DNA of 64,000 nucleotides from Candidatus Cloacimonadales bacterium (GCA_963662275.1 OY759316.1:64001-128000), one strand, 5' to 3'; shown: positions 10,223 through 23,800, numbered from the stretch's first letter. Numbers and translations: made by a program. The notes: generated by a model not told the origin, from the sequence alone.

Positions 10223-11779
10223 TCATGTTTTAGGACGGCAAATAGAAACCGGTAAGATCATTTCTTCCATGGATACACCACCATGCTGGAATGTGCCATT
10301 GTATTGTTTTTGATATTGATGATAAGAATTTGGATAAACAAAGTAATAATCATCTTTGGCAAAGATAAAACTATCGACGATATTCTTGGAAGGTAATCCG
10401 AATTCCTCCGGTTTTTTCAAATAAATCGCATGTCGTTCATTACATGTAAGATTCTTCCCTTCCTTATAACGAACCGTTATTGTTGTTTCACGATCTCCCA
10501 CTACCTGGGTGGCACGGTTTACCTTAATTGAACCGTGGTCAGTTGTCATGACGACAATTCCTCCCTGCTTACTGATCAGCTTTAAAGTTTCATAGAGGGA
10601 AGAATGCAGGAACCAATGTTTAGTGAAAGCCCTGAGAGCTTCTTCATCCGGGATTGTTTCCTGGAGGATCATATCTCGCGAACGATGATGAGCTAACAGA
10701 TCAAGGAAGTTATAAACCAGTACGACCAATCTTTCTTTGTTCCAGGTATCAATCTTTCTCAAAACAAAATTGCCTTCTTCCATATTAAAAATCTTCACAT
10801 ATTTGGAAACGGGGTCGATCGTATGACCCAAATCTTCGATATGTTCATCTAGCAACTGATGTTCATTACGATTTTTACTATTATCCATTTCAGAAGATTC
10901 ATTCCAGTATTCGGGAAATCTCTTTGCGATATCGTTGGGTAACATACCACTAAAAATTGAATTACGTGAGTAAGGTGTTGCCGTAGGGAGAATAGAAAAA
11001 TAAAGATCCAGGTCAACTTCGAACAATTCCTTGAGGAAAGGTTCAATGGCAAAATATTGATCTAGTCTCATACAATCAAGGATGATAAAATAAACGGGTA
11101 CATCTAAATCAAACTGAGGAGATAGATATTCCGAAACAACGTCAAAAGAGAAGTTTGGACGGTCATCTGTTTTTAGCCATTTGGCATAATGACGTTCAAT
11201 ATAATTCGTAAATTCAGTATTGCAATTGCGCTTTTCCAGAAAATGCGTTTGGGCAAGAGAGGGATCATTAATTTCATCAAGCTTCAAATCCCAACTGCAT
11301 AACTGCTGATAAATCTGAATCCAATCCTTCCAGTCAGGATCGGTAAACAGTTTTTGGTTCAATTGAGCAGAAAATTGTGAATACTGTTCACCAATTTTAT
11401 TCTGTCTAATTTCATCTGCCTGGAATATCTTCTTGATCGACATGATGACTTGGTTCGGATTGATTGGTTTGATGAGATAATCGGTGATTTGGCTGGCAAT
11501 TGCATTATCCATCAAGCCTTCTTCTTCACTTTTCGTGACCATAATGATAGGAATAGAATTATTGATTTTCTTCATTTCGGCAAGAGTCGTTAGACCATCT
11601 AATCCCGGCATCATTTCATCCATAATTACAAGATCGAATTTGTCTTTTAGAAATAGTTCAATCGCATCTCCGCCATTATTGGCAGTAGCAACTTTATAAT
11701 CGCGATCTTCAAGGAATAGAACAAAGGGTTTCAGAAACTCAATTTCATCATCAACCCAAAGAATTTTCATTTGTTTCAT
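10223..11779 (-). CDS. porX: PorX-type response regulator (REC + PglZ/alkaline-phosphatase domain)
   Basis: 'ILWVDDEI', 'DEMMPG' receiver; 'LPTATPYSRNSIF', 'TTDHG', 'FQHGGVSMEEM'; adjacent to tsaE as in Bacteroidota. Confidence 0.9.
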   Translation of the reverse strand: MKQMKILWVDDEIEFLKPFVLFLEDRDYKVATANNGGDAIELFLKDKFDLVIMDEMMPGLDGLTTLAEMKKINNSIPIIMVTKSEEEGLMDNAIASQITDYLIKPINPNQVIMSIKKIFQADEIRQNKIGEQYSQFSAQLNQKLFTDPDWKDWIQIYQQLCSWDLKLDEINDPSLAQTHFLEKRNCNTEFTNYIERHYAKWLKTDDRPNFSFDVVSEYLSPQFDLDVPVYFIILDCMRLDQYFAIEPFLKELFEVDLDLYFSILPTATPYSRNSIFSGMLPNDIAKRFPEYWNESSEMDNSKNRNEHQLLDEHIEDLGHTIDPVSKYVKIFNMEEGNFVLRKIDTWNKERLVVLVYNFLDLLAHHRSRDMILQETIPDEEALRAFTKHWFLHSSLYETLKLISKQGGIVVMTTDHGSIKVNRATQVVGDRETTITVRYKEGKNLTCNERHAIYLKKPEEFGLPSKNIVDSFIFAKDDYYFVYPNSYHQYQKQYNGTFQHGGVSMEEMILPVSICRPKT

Positions 11780-11798
11780 GTAGTCACCTCATATTCAG

Positions 11799-11890
11799 AT
11801 TCAGCAGGATTAATATCCTACTTTTCAACATTCAGCAGGATTGACATCCTACTCTACAACATTCAGCAGGATCGGAGTCCTGCACTACAA
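11799..11890 (-). repeat. Three tandem 31-bp GTAG-type REP units
   Basis: attcagcaggat....cct(a/g)c.....aa starting at 11799, 11830, 11861; minus strand GTAG-tgcagga-ctccga-tcctgc. Confidence 0.8.
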
Positions 11891-11924
11891 GCAATCATCT
11901 GATAACCATGGTGATGAGCAAACT

Positions 11925-12551
11925 TTATTGAACTCCTCCCTGTTTTTGGCTTTCTTCTTCAAAACGACGTTGCCTTTCTTTGATGGTTTGCCTCATTTGA
12001 TCAAGATCTTCATCTTGAAAATAGAGAGCAAGTTTAAAATTTAATTCTTTTGTTGAGCAATTGAAGAAGGCAGTCATTTTTTCGAGATACTGTTCAGCAA
12101 GGACATCCTTCAGTGTTTTATCCAATTTCTTTTCTTTCAGTTTGATTTCTTTAATTTTATCCTTCAAATCTTGTGTAGGAAGAGTTCTTGCCTGTTCCAA
12201 CCATTCTTCCTGTTCTTCGAAGGTTGCTTTCTGGATGATGGGTTTGATCATGGCTAATCGATCAACACCGATATTCTTAACATCGGTCTCATCCACATCC
12301 AATTCTTCTACATAGAGTTCATAGATACCAATCAGTTTATTCGCCATGGAGTTATTTAACTTCAATTCAGTTTCTACAAAATCTCTAAAATTCTGATACC
12401 CTTTTAACCGGTATGCATGAGAGCGTTTAATCTGTGAGAAGATTTCTCCAAGAGCTAAAAAATGGTCTTCTATCTTGCTTCTTAGGGTAACAATCATTTC
12501 AAATTTTTCTTCTGGAGTCATCACTTCACTATTTTGTTGGATTGGTGGCAT
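11925..12551 (-). CDS. Hypothetical helical protein, possibly DNA-binding (DUF3102/partition-protein-like N-terminus)
   Basis: 'FLALGEIFSQIK...Y...GYQNFRDFVETEL.L...MANKLIGIYE'; GAGG RBS; inside operon. Confidence 0.6.
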   Translation of the reverse strand: MPPIQQNSEVMTPEEKFEMIVTLRSKIEDHFLALGEIFSQIKRSHAYRLKGYQNFRDFVETELKLNNSMANKLIGIYELYVEELDVDETDVKNIGVDRLAMIKPIIQKATFEEQEEWLEQARTLPTQDLKDKIKEIKLKEKKLDKTLKDVLAEQYLEKMTAFFNCSTKELNFKLALYFQDEDLDQMRQTIKERQRRFEEESQKQGGVQ

Positions 12552-12568
12552 TGATTACCTCTAATATG

Positions 12569-13384
12569 TTATTCTGTTTCCTTGTGAATCGGAAAATAGA
12601 TGTGTTCTTCAGCAGGGAACTGATTCGATTTTACATCATGGATGTAAGCCTTTATGGCATCAGGAATGACTTTTGATAGATCTGCATATTGTTTCACAAA
12701 CTTGGGAAGTATATCAGACATCCCTAGAATGTCATGATAGACCATGACCTGTCCATCGGTATATCTTCCTGCACCGATACCAATTGTGGGAATGCTGATC
12801 TTTTCTGAAATTTCCTGACCAAGAGCTTCCGGGATTCCTTCCAGGACAAGCATGAAAGCACCTGCATTCGCAACCGCATATGCTTGTTCAAGGATGATCT
12901 GATATTCCTTCTCTTCTTTTCCCTGCACTTTGTAACCACCAAAGATATTGATGGATTGCGGGGTTAATCCAAGATGGGCAACGACAGGTATCTCACAATC
13001 AATGATTGCATGTATGGCTTGAAGACGGCTGGGATTTCCACCTTCAATTTTGACTGCATTTGCTCTTCCCCTGATAATTAATTCAGATGCGTTTCTTTTT
13101 GTTTCATCCAAGGAAAGATGGTAAGTCATAAAAGGCATATCAGCAATGATAAATGCTTCCGGAGCACCTTTACGAGTTGCTATGCAATGTTGTACCATAT
13201 CTTCCATAGTTACTTGGATAGTATTTTCATAACCATGCATTACCATGCCAACACTATCTCCGACAAGGATAACATCTACCTGTGCTTCTACTGCAAATTT
13301 AGCAGAAGGATAATCATAAGCAGTCAGCATCACAATTTTCTCGCCTTTCTGCTTCATTTTTTTGAATGAAGTAATATTTGGCAT
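12569..13384 (-). CDS. panB: 3-methyl-2-oxobutanoate hydroxymethyltransferase
   Basis: 'MLTAYD', 'ILVGDSVGM', 'ADMPF', 'VKIEGG', 'HLGLTPQ'; start moved to MPNITSF to remove overlap with upstream gene. Confidence 0.95.
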   Translation of the reverse strand: MPNITSFKKMKQKGEKIVMLTAYDYPSAKFAVEAQVDVILVGDSVGMVMHGYENTIQVTMEDMVQHCIATRKGAPEAFIIADMPFMTYHLSLDETKRNASELIIRGRANAVKIEGGNPSRLQAIHAIIDCEIPVVAHLGLTPQSINIFGGYKVQGKEEKEYQIILEQAYAVANAGAFMLVLEGIPEALGQEISEKISIPTIGIGAGRYTDGQVMVYHDILGMSDILPKFVKQYADLSKVIPDAIKAYIHDVKSNQFPAEEHIYFPIHKETE

Positions 13385-13394
13385 ATGAGGATTC

Positions 13395-13916
13395 TTATTC
13401 TTTAGTATTTTGATCCCCTTCTCTTTGATTGGCATCACCTTCACCTTCAGCCTTAGTATCGGTTGACAATGATCGATCATCATTTGCCATGAAAGCAGCA
13501 TCAGAATCTAACCGTCCCTCTTTGTATATCAGGTTGTACATGACAGCTCCATACGCATACCAACCAAAGAATTGACCATCTAATCTGCCATCCTTATAAT
13601 CTGCAAACATCATCTTTTGTCCCAGTGAATACCAGGCGTAAGTAGGTCCATTCCGCAATCCGTCACGAAGGTAGATTACCTTTTTTAATTTTTCATTGGC
13701 ATATTTGTCAAAGATAACACCTGTAAAGGGCTTATCTTGAAAGCTATAGTGCTCATCGTTGACCTGCATGGATGAAATTGGAATAGCAGCAGCAGGTAAT
13801 TTATAGCTATCAATATCAACATCATCTTCCAGTGAATAAATGATATAGGCAGGAATAAGCAATACTAGGCACAATAACAAATTGCGTAAAAGCGAGAACG
13901 TAAGAAGTTTTTTCAT
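13395..13916 (-). CDS. Membrane-anchored MORN-variant repeat protein
   Basis: N-terminal TM helix; 'KPFTG', 'DGLRNG...WY..GQK....YKDGRLDG' repeats. Confidence 0.75.
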   Translation of the reverse strand: MKKLLTFSLLRNLLLCLVLLIPAYIIYSLEDDVDIDSYKLPAAAIPISSMQVNDEHYSFQDKPFTGVIFDKYANEKLKKVIYLRDGLRNGPTYAWYSLGQKMMFADYKDGRLDGQFFGWYAYGAVMYNLIYKEGRLDSDAAFMANDDRSLSTDTKAEGEGDANQREGDQNTKE

Positions 13917-13991
13917 CTTGATTCCTCATTTTATGACTATACATGTATTATAAGTTATATTGATTCAGAGTGAAGTCAAGCGTCAAGGGAA

Positions 13992-16444
<2,453 letters not shown>

Positions 16445-16522
16445 ACAACTCCAAAGCGTAATTTTTTATTAAAAGACCAGTTAGAAAGACATCATACGTT
16501 GGTCAAGAGAATTGCAGTTATG

Positions 16523-17008
16523 TTATTTATCTCCGAGAACTCGATTGAGAAGATTCGTTGTTTCTCTTACATTCTCGAACAAATCCCGATAATCAGCATC
16601 TGGTTGAATATCCAGACCGGCAACTTTCTTATCAACATTAGTTTCACCCCAATTGTAGGCTGCCAGGGCAAGACTCCAATTCTGATCATACTTCTTGAGT
16701 AGATAATGCAAATACTGGGCAGATATTTTCAAGTTATAATAAGGAAAAAAGAGCATTCCTCGATGATACTTAGAATCCAGGTAACGGGCGGTGGCTTCTC
16801 TTACCTGACCAGGACCTATCGCTTGCTGTGGTGAGATGACAAGGCTCCTGAATGTACTTTCCTGCTTGATGAGTTTATAAAAATACAGAGTTTTTAAATG
16901 ATATGAATGCGCTATGCTATATGCCATGATCCTTACCGAAAATGGATTATAAATAAGGATGATAAGGGTTAATACCAAAAAGAGGAATTTGATGATCAGT
17001 GATTTCAT
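16523..17008 (-). CDS. Lytic transglycosylase (SLT domain) with N-terminal anchor
   Basis: 'IKQES', 'AIGPGQV', 'ALAAYNWG', 'ET'. Confidence 0.85.
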   Translation of the reverse strand: MKSLIIKFLFLVLTLIILIYNPFSVRIMAYSIAHSYHLKTLYFYKLIKQESTFRSLVISPQQAIGPGQVREATARYLDSKYHRGMLFFPYYNLKISAQYLHYLLKKYDQNWSLALAAYNWGETNVDKKVAGLDIQPDADYRDLFENVRETTNLLNRVLGDK

Positions 17009-17658
17009 ATCTTCATTTTATGCCTGAAATATACAATATTTCGCTTAATCTTCTCGTTTTCAGGATCTAAGCTTAAAGCCTTTTCAAAATGATCCAGGAT
17101 CTCTTCATTGGAACGCTTCAAGGAAATCAGTATTGCTCCAATATTATTCGGAATTTGAGGATTCTGCGGATCAAAGGCTTCTGCTTCTCTCAAGTGTGTG
17201 AGAGCTTCATTCAATTGCCCTTTTTCTACTTCTGTTTGCGCCAGGTTTACCAGCTCTCTTGCACAAATGTTCTTTTCTCTTTTGATAGAATTACGGACTA
17301 ATTCCAAATATCTTTGGTAGGATAAATTCGTAGGATGCTGAGCAGCTAAATGAGTGAAGCTTTCCGTCGCTTCCTCCCAATGACGCAGCATGGATTGAGA
17401 TTGAGCATAGGCAAGCAGCGCAATTTCGTTATCAGGAACGGCAATAAGAACTTTATGCAAGTAATCCACGGCTTCTTCATATTTATACAGGCTAAGAAGT
17501 ATGATTCCCATATCGTACTGATATTCGGGTGTATTGGATATCATTAACACCTTTTGCATCCAATGATAAGCTTTCACATACCTGCCTTTCACTAAAGCCA
17601 TGATGCCCTTATAATGAAAGAATTTCAGCATGATATAATCTAACAAGTCCTTTAGCAT
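17005..17658 (-). CDS. Tetratricopeptide repeat protein
   Basis: Repeated 'YEEAVDYL', 'NEALTHLREAEAFDPQN', 'FEKALSLDPEN'. Confidence 0.85.
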   Translation of the reverse strand: MLKDLLDYIMLKFFHYKGIMALVKGRYVKAYHWMQKVLMISNTPEYQYDMGIILLSLYKYEEAVDYLHKVLIAVPDNEIALLAYAQSQSMLRHWEEATESFTHLAAQHPTNLSYQRYLELVRNSIKREKNICARELVNLAQTEVEKGQLNEALTHLREAEAFDPQNPQIPNNIGAILISLKRSNEEILDHFEKALSLDPENEKIKRNIVYFRHKMKI

Positions 17659-17677
17659 ATTACTTGATAATTCCGAT

Positions 17678-18922
17678 TTAAAACAGTTTATTAATCATGA
17701 TCCGCTTACTGGGTGTCAAAAACTCTTCGCTTGCCCTGCGGATATTGGCAGTTATTTCATCTTCCGAGATATCCAGCATTTTACCAATTTCATAGATACG
17801 TGCCTTTTCATTGGTTTCCAGCCTTCCATCCAATAACGCAATGGGAATGAGACGTTCAAAGAGGATAAATTTATCTCCATCATGCAAATTGGAATAATAC
17901 GCACAGATTTCCTGAGTTTTCTTTTTTAAATCATCTAAATCCTGGAAATTCATATATACTTCAGGTTGGGTTGTATAGGCAGCGAGCCATTCAAATAGCA
18001 TTTTCCATTCTTTTTCACCGACTTCACCACCAGCTAAAGCAAGATAAAAACCGGCAGTAGATATGAGTTCAACAGCTTTTTTATCTTTTTCCTTCTTCGG
18101 ATGAATTTCCAGCAAGTTTAGCAAATCCAGGTTTTCCTTAAGCAGTTCTTCGCTTGATAATGCCTCGGATGATTCCTGGAAGGGATAGATCTTCGAATTG
18201 GAAAAGAGCTGAAGATTACGTATCCTGACAAGATGATTCGGATGTGAAGAAACAGAATCACCTTTGGCAATTTCACGAATCTGATCAAGTTGTTTCAAAT
18301 ACTCATCCACATCGAAGTTCAAATGCTGTTCAGATACACCTGCTGCAAATTTAAAGAAACACATCCCAATCGTCTTGATATTCGGAGCAGCCAGGAAACC
18401 TATCCGATCTGATGTGGTTTCAGCAAAACGCTGCCAGCGCATGAAATTTAACGCGATGAAAGCAGGGATTTCCTCATTTTCACGATTCCCCAATATCTTA
18501 TTTACTACATCAAGTTGACTATGTTTGTAGATCAGATGCCCAATCTCATGCCCGATCACAAAACGCAATTCATCATCGGAAAGTAAATTTATGAGCGAGG
18601 AAGTGAAGCAGATCATATGAGGGACAATGTTAAATCCGTTAATCGAAAAAGCATTCACCTCTGATGAAGCTTGCAGATAAAAGTCTATTGCTTCATGAAA
18701 ATCAAGAAGTTCAGATACTTCCCGACAAATATCATACAAACGGGGAGCAATGACCGGATTCAATTTTACAGAATGTGATAATAGATAGTTAGTGATGTCC
18801 TCAAGTTCTTCCTTATTATCAAAAATGTCATAATAACTGGATAAAGCAAAATCGTCTTCCAGCATCCTTACTAGTTCTTTTTCCGCTTCAAATCGCAATA
18901 GGTTAAAATCGAATTTTGCCAA
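17678..18922 (-). CDS. M48 family zinc metallopeptidase with C-terminal TerB-like domain
   Basis: 'VNAFS', 'ELRFVIGHEIGH', 'AETTSDR', 'SHP....RI'; C-terminal 'IALLDGRLETNEKARIYEIGKMLDIS'. Confidence 0.8.
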   Translation of the reverse strand: MAKFDFNLLRFEAEKELVRMLEDDFALSSYYDIFDNKEELEDITNYLLSHSVKLNPVIAPRLYDICREVSELLDFHEAIDFYLQASSEVNAFSINGFNIVPHMICFTSSLINLLSDDELRFVIGHEIGHLIYKHSQLDVVNKILGNRENEEIPAFIALNFMRWQRFAETTSDRIGFLAAPNIKTIGMCFFKFAAGVSEQHLNFDVDEYLKQLDQIREIAKGDSVSSHPNHLVRIRNLQLFSNSKIYPFQESSEALSSEELLKENLDLLNLLEIHPKKEKDKKAVELISTAGFYLALAGGEVGEKEWKMLFEWLAAYTTQPEVYMNFQDLDDLKKKTQEICAYYSNLHDGDKFILFERLIPIALLDGRLETNEKARIYEIGKMLDISEDEITANIRRASEEFLTPSKRIMINKLF

Positions 18923-19225
18923 TTGTACCTCCAGTTTATTACATGATAAGCTCTCTCATAAGGAAAAAAAGCATGTCTACAAAGCTATTATAATATAGGT
19001 TTTTAAGCTCAATTTAGTCATTTCTGTCAATCGTTTTCTTTTCACTGGAAGATAGAAAGCATGTATTTTGATCATATCTTCTCCTGTAAGTTGCCTGTTG
19101 TATGCTCTGATTATAGTTGACATATTCTCTGGTCTTAAATTTGCATCATCAGTCTCATTAAGAGATAGGAGAAGTGAATTCTCAATAATAATTAGGGTAT
19201 AAAATTAAGGAACAAAGGAAGCAAC

Positions 19226-20659
19226 ATGTTTAGAAAACTAGTGTCCTACTTAGCCATTATCATGATGGTATCAACTGCAATCGCTGCAAATAATACAGTA
19301 AGTTCCACCTCTCAGCCAACATCTGAGGCTCAACTTGTCAGGGATTATTACACACCTGTCTCCGGCTTGACCGGAACTGCCCTGAAAAATGGGCTGCATA
19401 CTTTGATCAGTACCAATACATATTCCAATTATGATGGAGCCAGGGTTCTTATGTTTCAGCATCTGGATAATACTGCTGGTGTTGTCAGATGTGTTTACAC
19501 TGGTCAGGATTTTACAATAGCTGCTAGTTATTCAGGTCAGGACAGCCCAAACACAGAGCATACTTATGCCCAAAGTTGGTTTACAGTCTCTCCTTCAGTC
19601 GAAAAAGCGGATCCTCACCATTTGTTTGTCACAGAGTCTACAGTTAATTCCACTCGTGGATCATTCCCTTTCGGAAAAGTAATGGCTCCCACAAATTCAT
19701 TTCCCAGCCAAAATGGCTATGTCAGTAAATTGGGCAACAATCAGCTCAACCAGACTGTATTTGAACCTGCTGATGCGCATAAAGGCGATTTAGCCCGTGC
19801 TCTGTTATATTTTAATGTGCGTTATAATGAAACATTAACCATTGATGGAGTTGATCAACTTCCAGCATGTCTTCAATGGAATTATTTCGATCCTCCAACA
19901 GCAGCAGAAGTAACTCGCAATACACTTATTCAACCAGTGCTCTCAAATCGTAATCCCTTTGTTGATCATCCTGAATATGCAACATCGATTTGGGTTGGAA
20001 CTACGAATAACACAATGTTGAATTTTTCTCCTGTTTCTTCCAGTGCCCAGGAGAATGTTGGAACTGCTCATTTATCGATTCAGATACAGAATCCAAATAC
20101 CTATTTATCGACTGCCAAGGTTGTTCTGAAGAGTGGAAATGCAGCTCATATTGGAAATTACACACCAATCAATATCACTTTTCCATCCAACAGCACAGCA
20201 GTCCAAACGATCGATATTAATGTTACAGATGACCAAATTATCGATGGTAATGAGACTTTTATCTTTGAAATACAAAATGCACAAGGTGGATATTATGCAA
20301 TACCCGGCTTGCAAAGAACTTACACTTTAACGGTATTGGACAATGACACTATTCTGAACGATGACCCCATGATATCAACTCCTTCTAGCGGGATCAGTTC
20401 CATTTATCCCAATCCTTTCAACCCTGAAACCAGGATTCAGTATGCTGTTTCTCATCCAGGACTTGTGAATTTGGATATTTATAATGTGAAAGGACAAAAA
20501 GTGACAACTCTGATCTCTCAAAATCAAGCTGCCGGGAATTATACTCAAACCTGGAATGGTAAAGATGATATCGGTATTCCACAAAGCAGCGGTGTCTATT
20601 ATGTTCGATTGAATTCAGGTAATGATCAATCTGTTCGAAAAGTCATTTTGATGAAATAA
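19226..20659 (+). CDS. Secreted endonuclease I family nuclease (signal peptide-EndoI-Calx-beta-FlgD/T9SS-type CTD), paralogue A
   Basis: 'NTEHTYAQSW', 'DPHHLF...NSTRG', 'FEP.D.HKGDLARALLYF.VRY', 'NRNPFVDHPEY'; CTD 'YPNPFNPET...KVILMK'. Confidence 0.88.
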   Translation: MFRKLVSYLAIIMMVSTAIAANNTVSSTSQPTSEAQLVRDYYTPVSGLTGTALKNGLHTLISTNTYSNYDGARVLMFQHLDNTAGVVRCVYTGQDFTIAASYSGQDSPNTEHTYAQSWFTVSPSVEKADPHHLFVTESTVNSTRGSFPFGKVMAPTNSFPSQNGYVSKLGNNQLNQTVFEPADAHKGDLARALLYFNVRYNETLTIDGVDQLPACLQWNYFDPPTAAEVTRNTLIQPVLSNRNPFVDHPEYATSIWVGTTNNTMLNFSPVSSSAQENVGTAHLSIQIQNPNTYLSTAKVVLKSGNAAHIGNYTPINITFPSNSTAVQTIDINVTDDQIIDGNETFIFEIQNAQGGYYAIPGLQRTYTLTVLDNDTILNDDPMISTPSSGISSIYPNPFNPETRIQYAVSHPGLVNLDIYNVKGQKVTTLISQNQAAGNYTQTWNGKDDIGIPQSSGVYYVRLNSGNDQSVRKVILMK

Positions 20660-20680
20660 AGAGTCATCTCTTAGAAAAAT

Positions 20681-20705
20681 GGCTAGCAAAAGCTAGCCTT
20701 TTTTT
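20681..20705 (+). terminator. Intrinsic terminator
   Basis: ggctagc-aaaa-gctagcc followed by T7. Confidence 0.75.
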
Positions 20706-20889
20706 CTCTGAAAAAAGCGTTAAATTTTATGTATGGTACTGATTCAGTTATCTTTGAATACTTTCAAGGATATCAATTGGCAGTATCTTGTTGATTTAAT
20801 AATGAATGTAATTGATAAAGTCGATATATTGCTTAGGATTAAAAGATATATTTGATTTTCGGAAACGAAACAACAAAGAAGGAGTTATA

Positions 20890-23800
20890 ATGAACCAAAA
20901 AATGTTTCTGATGATAATGTTCTGTTTTTTTGCCATATCATTAAGCTATGCCATCAATATCAGCGGTGGTATTACATTAACAGAAGATTTTACGATTGGT
21001 ACAACAGCCACAGCAACTCTATCTCCTGATTGGAAAGTAGATAAAAACACGACTGTCAGGACTGTTGGCACTTATACATCTGCTGTCACTGCCACTGAAC
21101 GTAGCGGTGGAAACGCCATGGGTACAACAGCAGCAAATGGTATTTATAATTATGGAGCTGGTGATGCAGCTACAGCTACAGATCGTTCTGTGGGCTGGAT
21201 ATCTTCCGGCAATGCTACTAAAAGTGGTAACTTATATGTTCAACTTGTCAATAATGGCAATACAGCGATTGGAAATTTCACCATATCTTTTGATGTGGAG
21301 AAATATCGAAAAGGTACAAATGCAGGTGGCTTCTCCATCCAAATGTATTATTCTGCGGATGGTGCAACTTGGACAAGTGCTGGTAGTGATTTTTTAGTTA
21401 GCTTTCCGGGAGTAGATGCAGACAATGCCGGTTATACCACAGCTCCAGGGGCAACAACATCGATATCTCTCATGTCTTTACCACAAGCTTTGGTCGCCTC
21501 TGATACTCTTTATCTTGCTTGGAATTATTCTGTAACGTCTGGTGCTGTTACCAGTTATGCCCAAGCTTTGGGCATCGATAATGTAGTCATCACGGCGAAT
21601 AGTTCAGGTCCTTCCTTGCCATCACTTTCTACAACTGCTATTTCTGAAATTACACCGACTACTGCCTCCAGCGGTGGTAACATTGTATTTGACGGTGGCT
21701 CTGGTATTTCAGCCCGAGGTGTTTGCTGGAATACTGGTGGAGCTCCTATCATAACTGATAGCCATACTTCAGATGGAACTGGAGCCAGTTCTTTCGTAAG
21801 TACCATTACTGGTCTGACTGCCTCTACAGCATATCACGTAAGAGCTTATGCAACAAACAGCACTGGGACTGCTTATGGAAATGAACTTACATTCACCACA
21901 GGCGGAAATGGTCCACCTCCTGCCCCAGTTGCCGTAACTGCAACATCGATTACTTACAATTCCTTCATCGCCAATTGGAATAACGTTGCAGAAGCAACTT
22001 CCTACCGATTGGATGTCTCGACAACTGAATCATTCACTTCTTTTATCGCTGGATTTGAAGACGTAAGTGTGAATGCTTTAGCTCATGCTGTCAATGGTCT
22101 TACATTTTCAACTACTTACTATTATCGTGTTCGAGCAGTCAATGCTGATGGAGCAAGTCCCAATTCAAATACCATTTCTGTACTCACAGATGTTAGTCCA
22201 GAGATTCCAAATGCTCCTGTTGCCCTTGCTGCATCGGGTGTTTCATCTTCAGGGTTTATTGCAGGATGGAATGCATCCACAAATGCAACAAGTTATCACT
22301 TGGATGTTTCCTCATCTGATACATTCTCTTCATTCGTCACTGGCTATGAGGATCTCGTAGTGAATGGACTGACACAATCTGTCAGTGGTCTTTCAGCTAC
22401 ATCTACATATTATTATCGCGTTCGTGCTTCCAATATATCCGGTACAAGTACGAATTCAAACATCATAACTGTATTTACAAACGAAGCTGGAACGATCATA
22501 TTAACTGAAGGCTTTGAAGATGCTTCCACGGGCACACCTCCAGTTGGTTGGACACTTTCTGCACCAGGTTCCTATATTCTCTCTAATGGTGCAAATTCTC
22601 ATGGCGGGACTAATTATGCTGGTGTCAATGCGATGAATGGTTGGGTGATGACTCCGCTACTTGTGAATCCAACCGAATTATTCTTCTGGGGACGTACTTC
22701 CGGTACGACATCAAATTTTACAATTACATTGCAGTCTTCTCCTGATTTATCATCATGGACTGATGTTACAACTTATATTGCTAACGGCACTGATACCGGT
22801 ACGGTGAATAGTACCTATTCTCAGAAAAATGCTGGTCTGAATCTGACAGGCAGTTATTATCTGCGCTGGATGATGACAGCTCGTACGGGAGGAAGCTTCT
22901 ACTTTGATGATGTTGAAGTGACTTCCGGTTCTGTTATCCCGACAATTCCTACAGCGCCAGTTGCCTTAGCAGCTACTTCCATTGTCGCAGTTGGATTCAC
23001 CGCAAACTGGCACGCATCTATATCGGCAACAAGCTATCGTTTGGATGTTTCCACTTCCAATGCATTTGACTCTTTTGTTCTCGGTTACGAGGATTTGATT
23101 GTCGAAGATATTACTCAATCAGTATCAGGTCTGAATGCTGCTACAAACTATTATTATCGTGTCCGCGCCGTCAATCATGTCGGTACCAGCACCAATTCAA
23201 ATGTGATCACGGTTTTAACTGCTAATACTTCAGTCATTCCAGAAGCCCCAATTGCAGAAACTGCAAGCGGAATCACTTCTGCAGGCTTCATAGCGAATTG
23301 GAATGTATCCACAAATGCTACAAGCTACTTCCTGGATGTTTCCTTAACTAATGCATTTACTACATTCGTTACTGGTTACCAGAATTTGACTGTGAATGAT
23401 ACTTTAAAACTGGTGACAGGTCTTTCTTCTTTAACGAATTACTACTATCGTGTCCGTGCTGATAATATTGCCGGAACAAGTGTTAACTCCAATATTATTG
23501 AAGTCATGACGACTGATTTTGATCCCAATTTTACGTATTACAATCCTGTCGCTGGACTGACAGGTAATGCTCTGAAAACCGGGTTGACTAATCTGATCAG
23601 TACCAATACATATTCCAGCTACAATGGTGCCAAAGTCATCATGTTTCAGCAGTTGGATAACACGAATGGTGTTGTAAGATGTGTTTATACAGGTCGTGAT
23701 TTTCCAATTGCGTCTGATTATTCAGGACAGAACAGTCCAAATACCGAACATACATATGCTCAAAGCTGGTTCACTGCTTCTGCTTCTGTAGAAAAGGCTG

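Noticed and set aside
10223..11779. PglZ domain as evidence of BREX
   Set aside because: REC-PglZ next to tsaE is the PorX architecture; no brxC, pglX or brxL nearby
11799..11890. 31-bp triplet as a mini-CRISPR
   Set aside because: Variable part is only a ~6-nt hairpin loop; fits GTAG-REP
13395..13916. YwqK-like antitoxin
   Set aside because: Only generic MORN-variant repeats with a membrane anchor; no toxin neighbour
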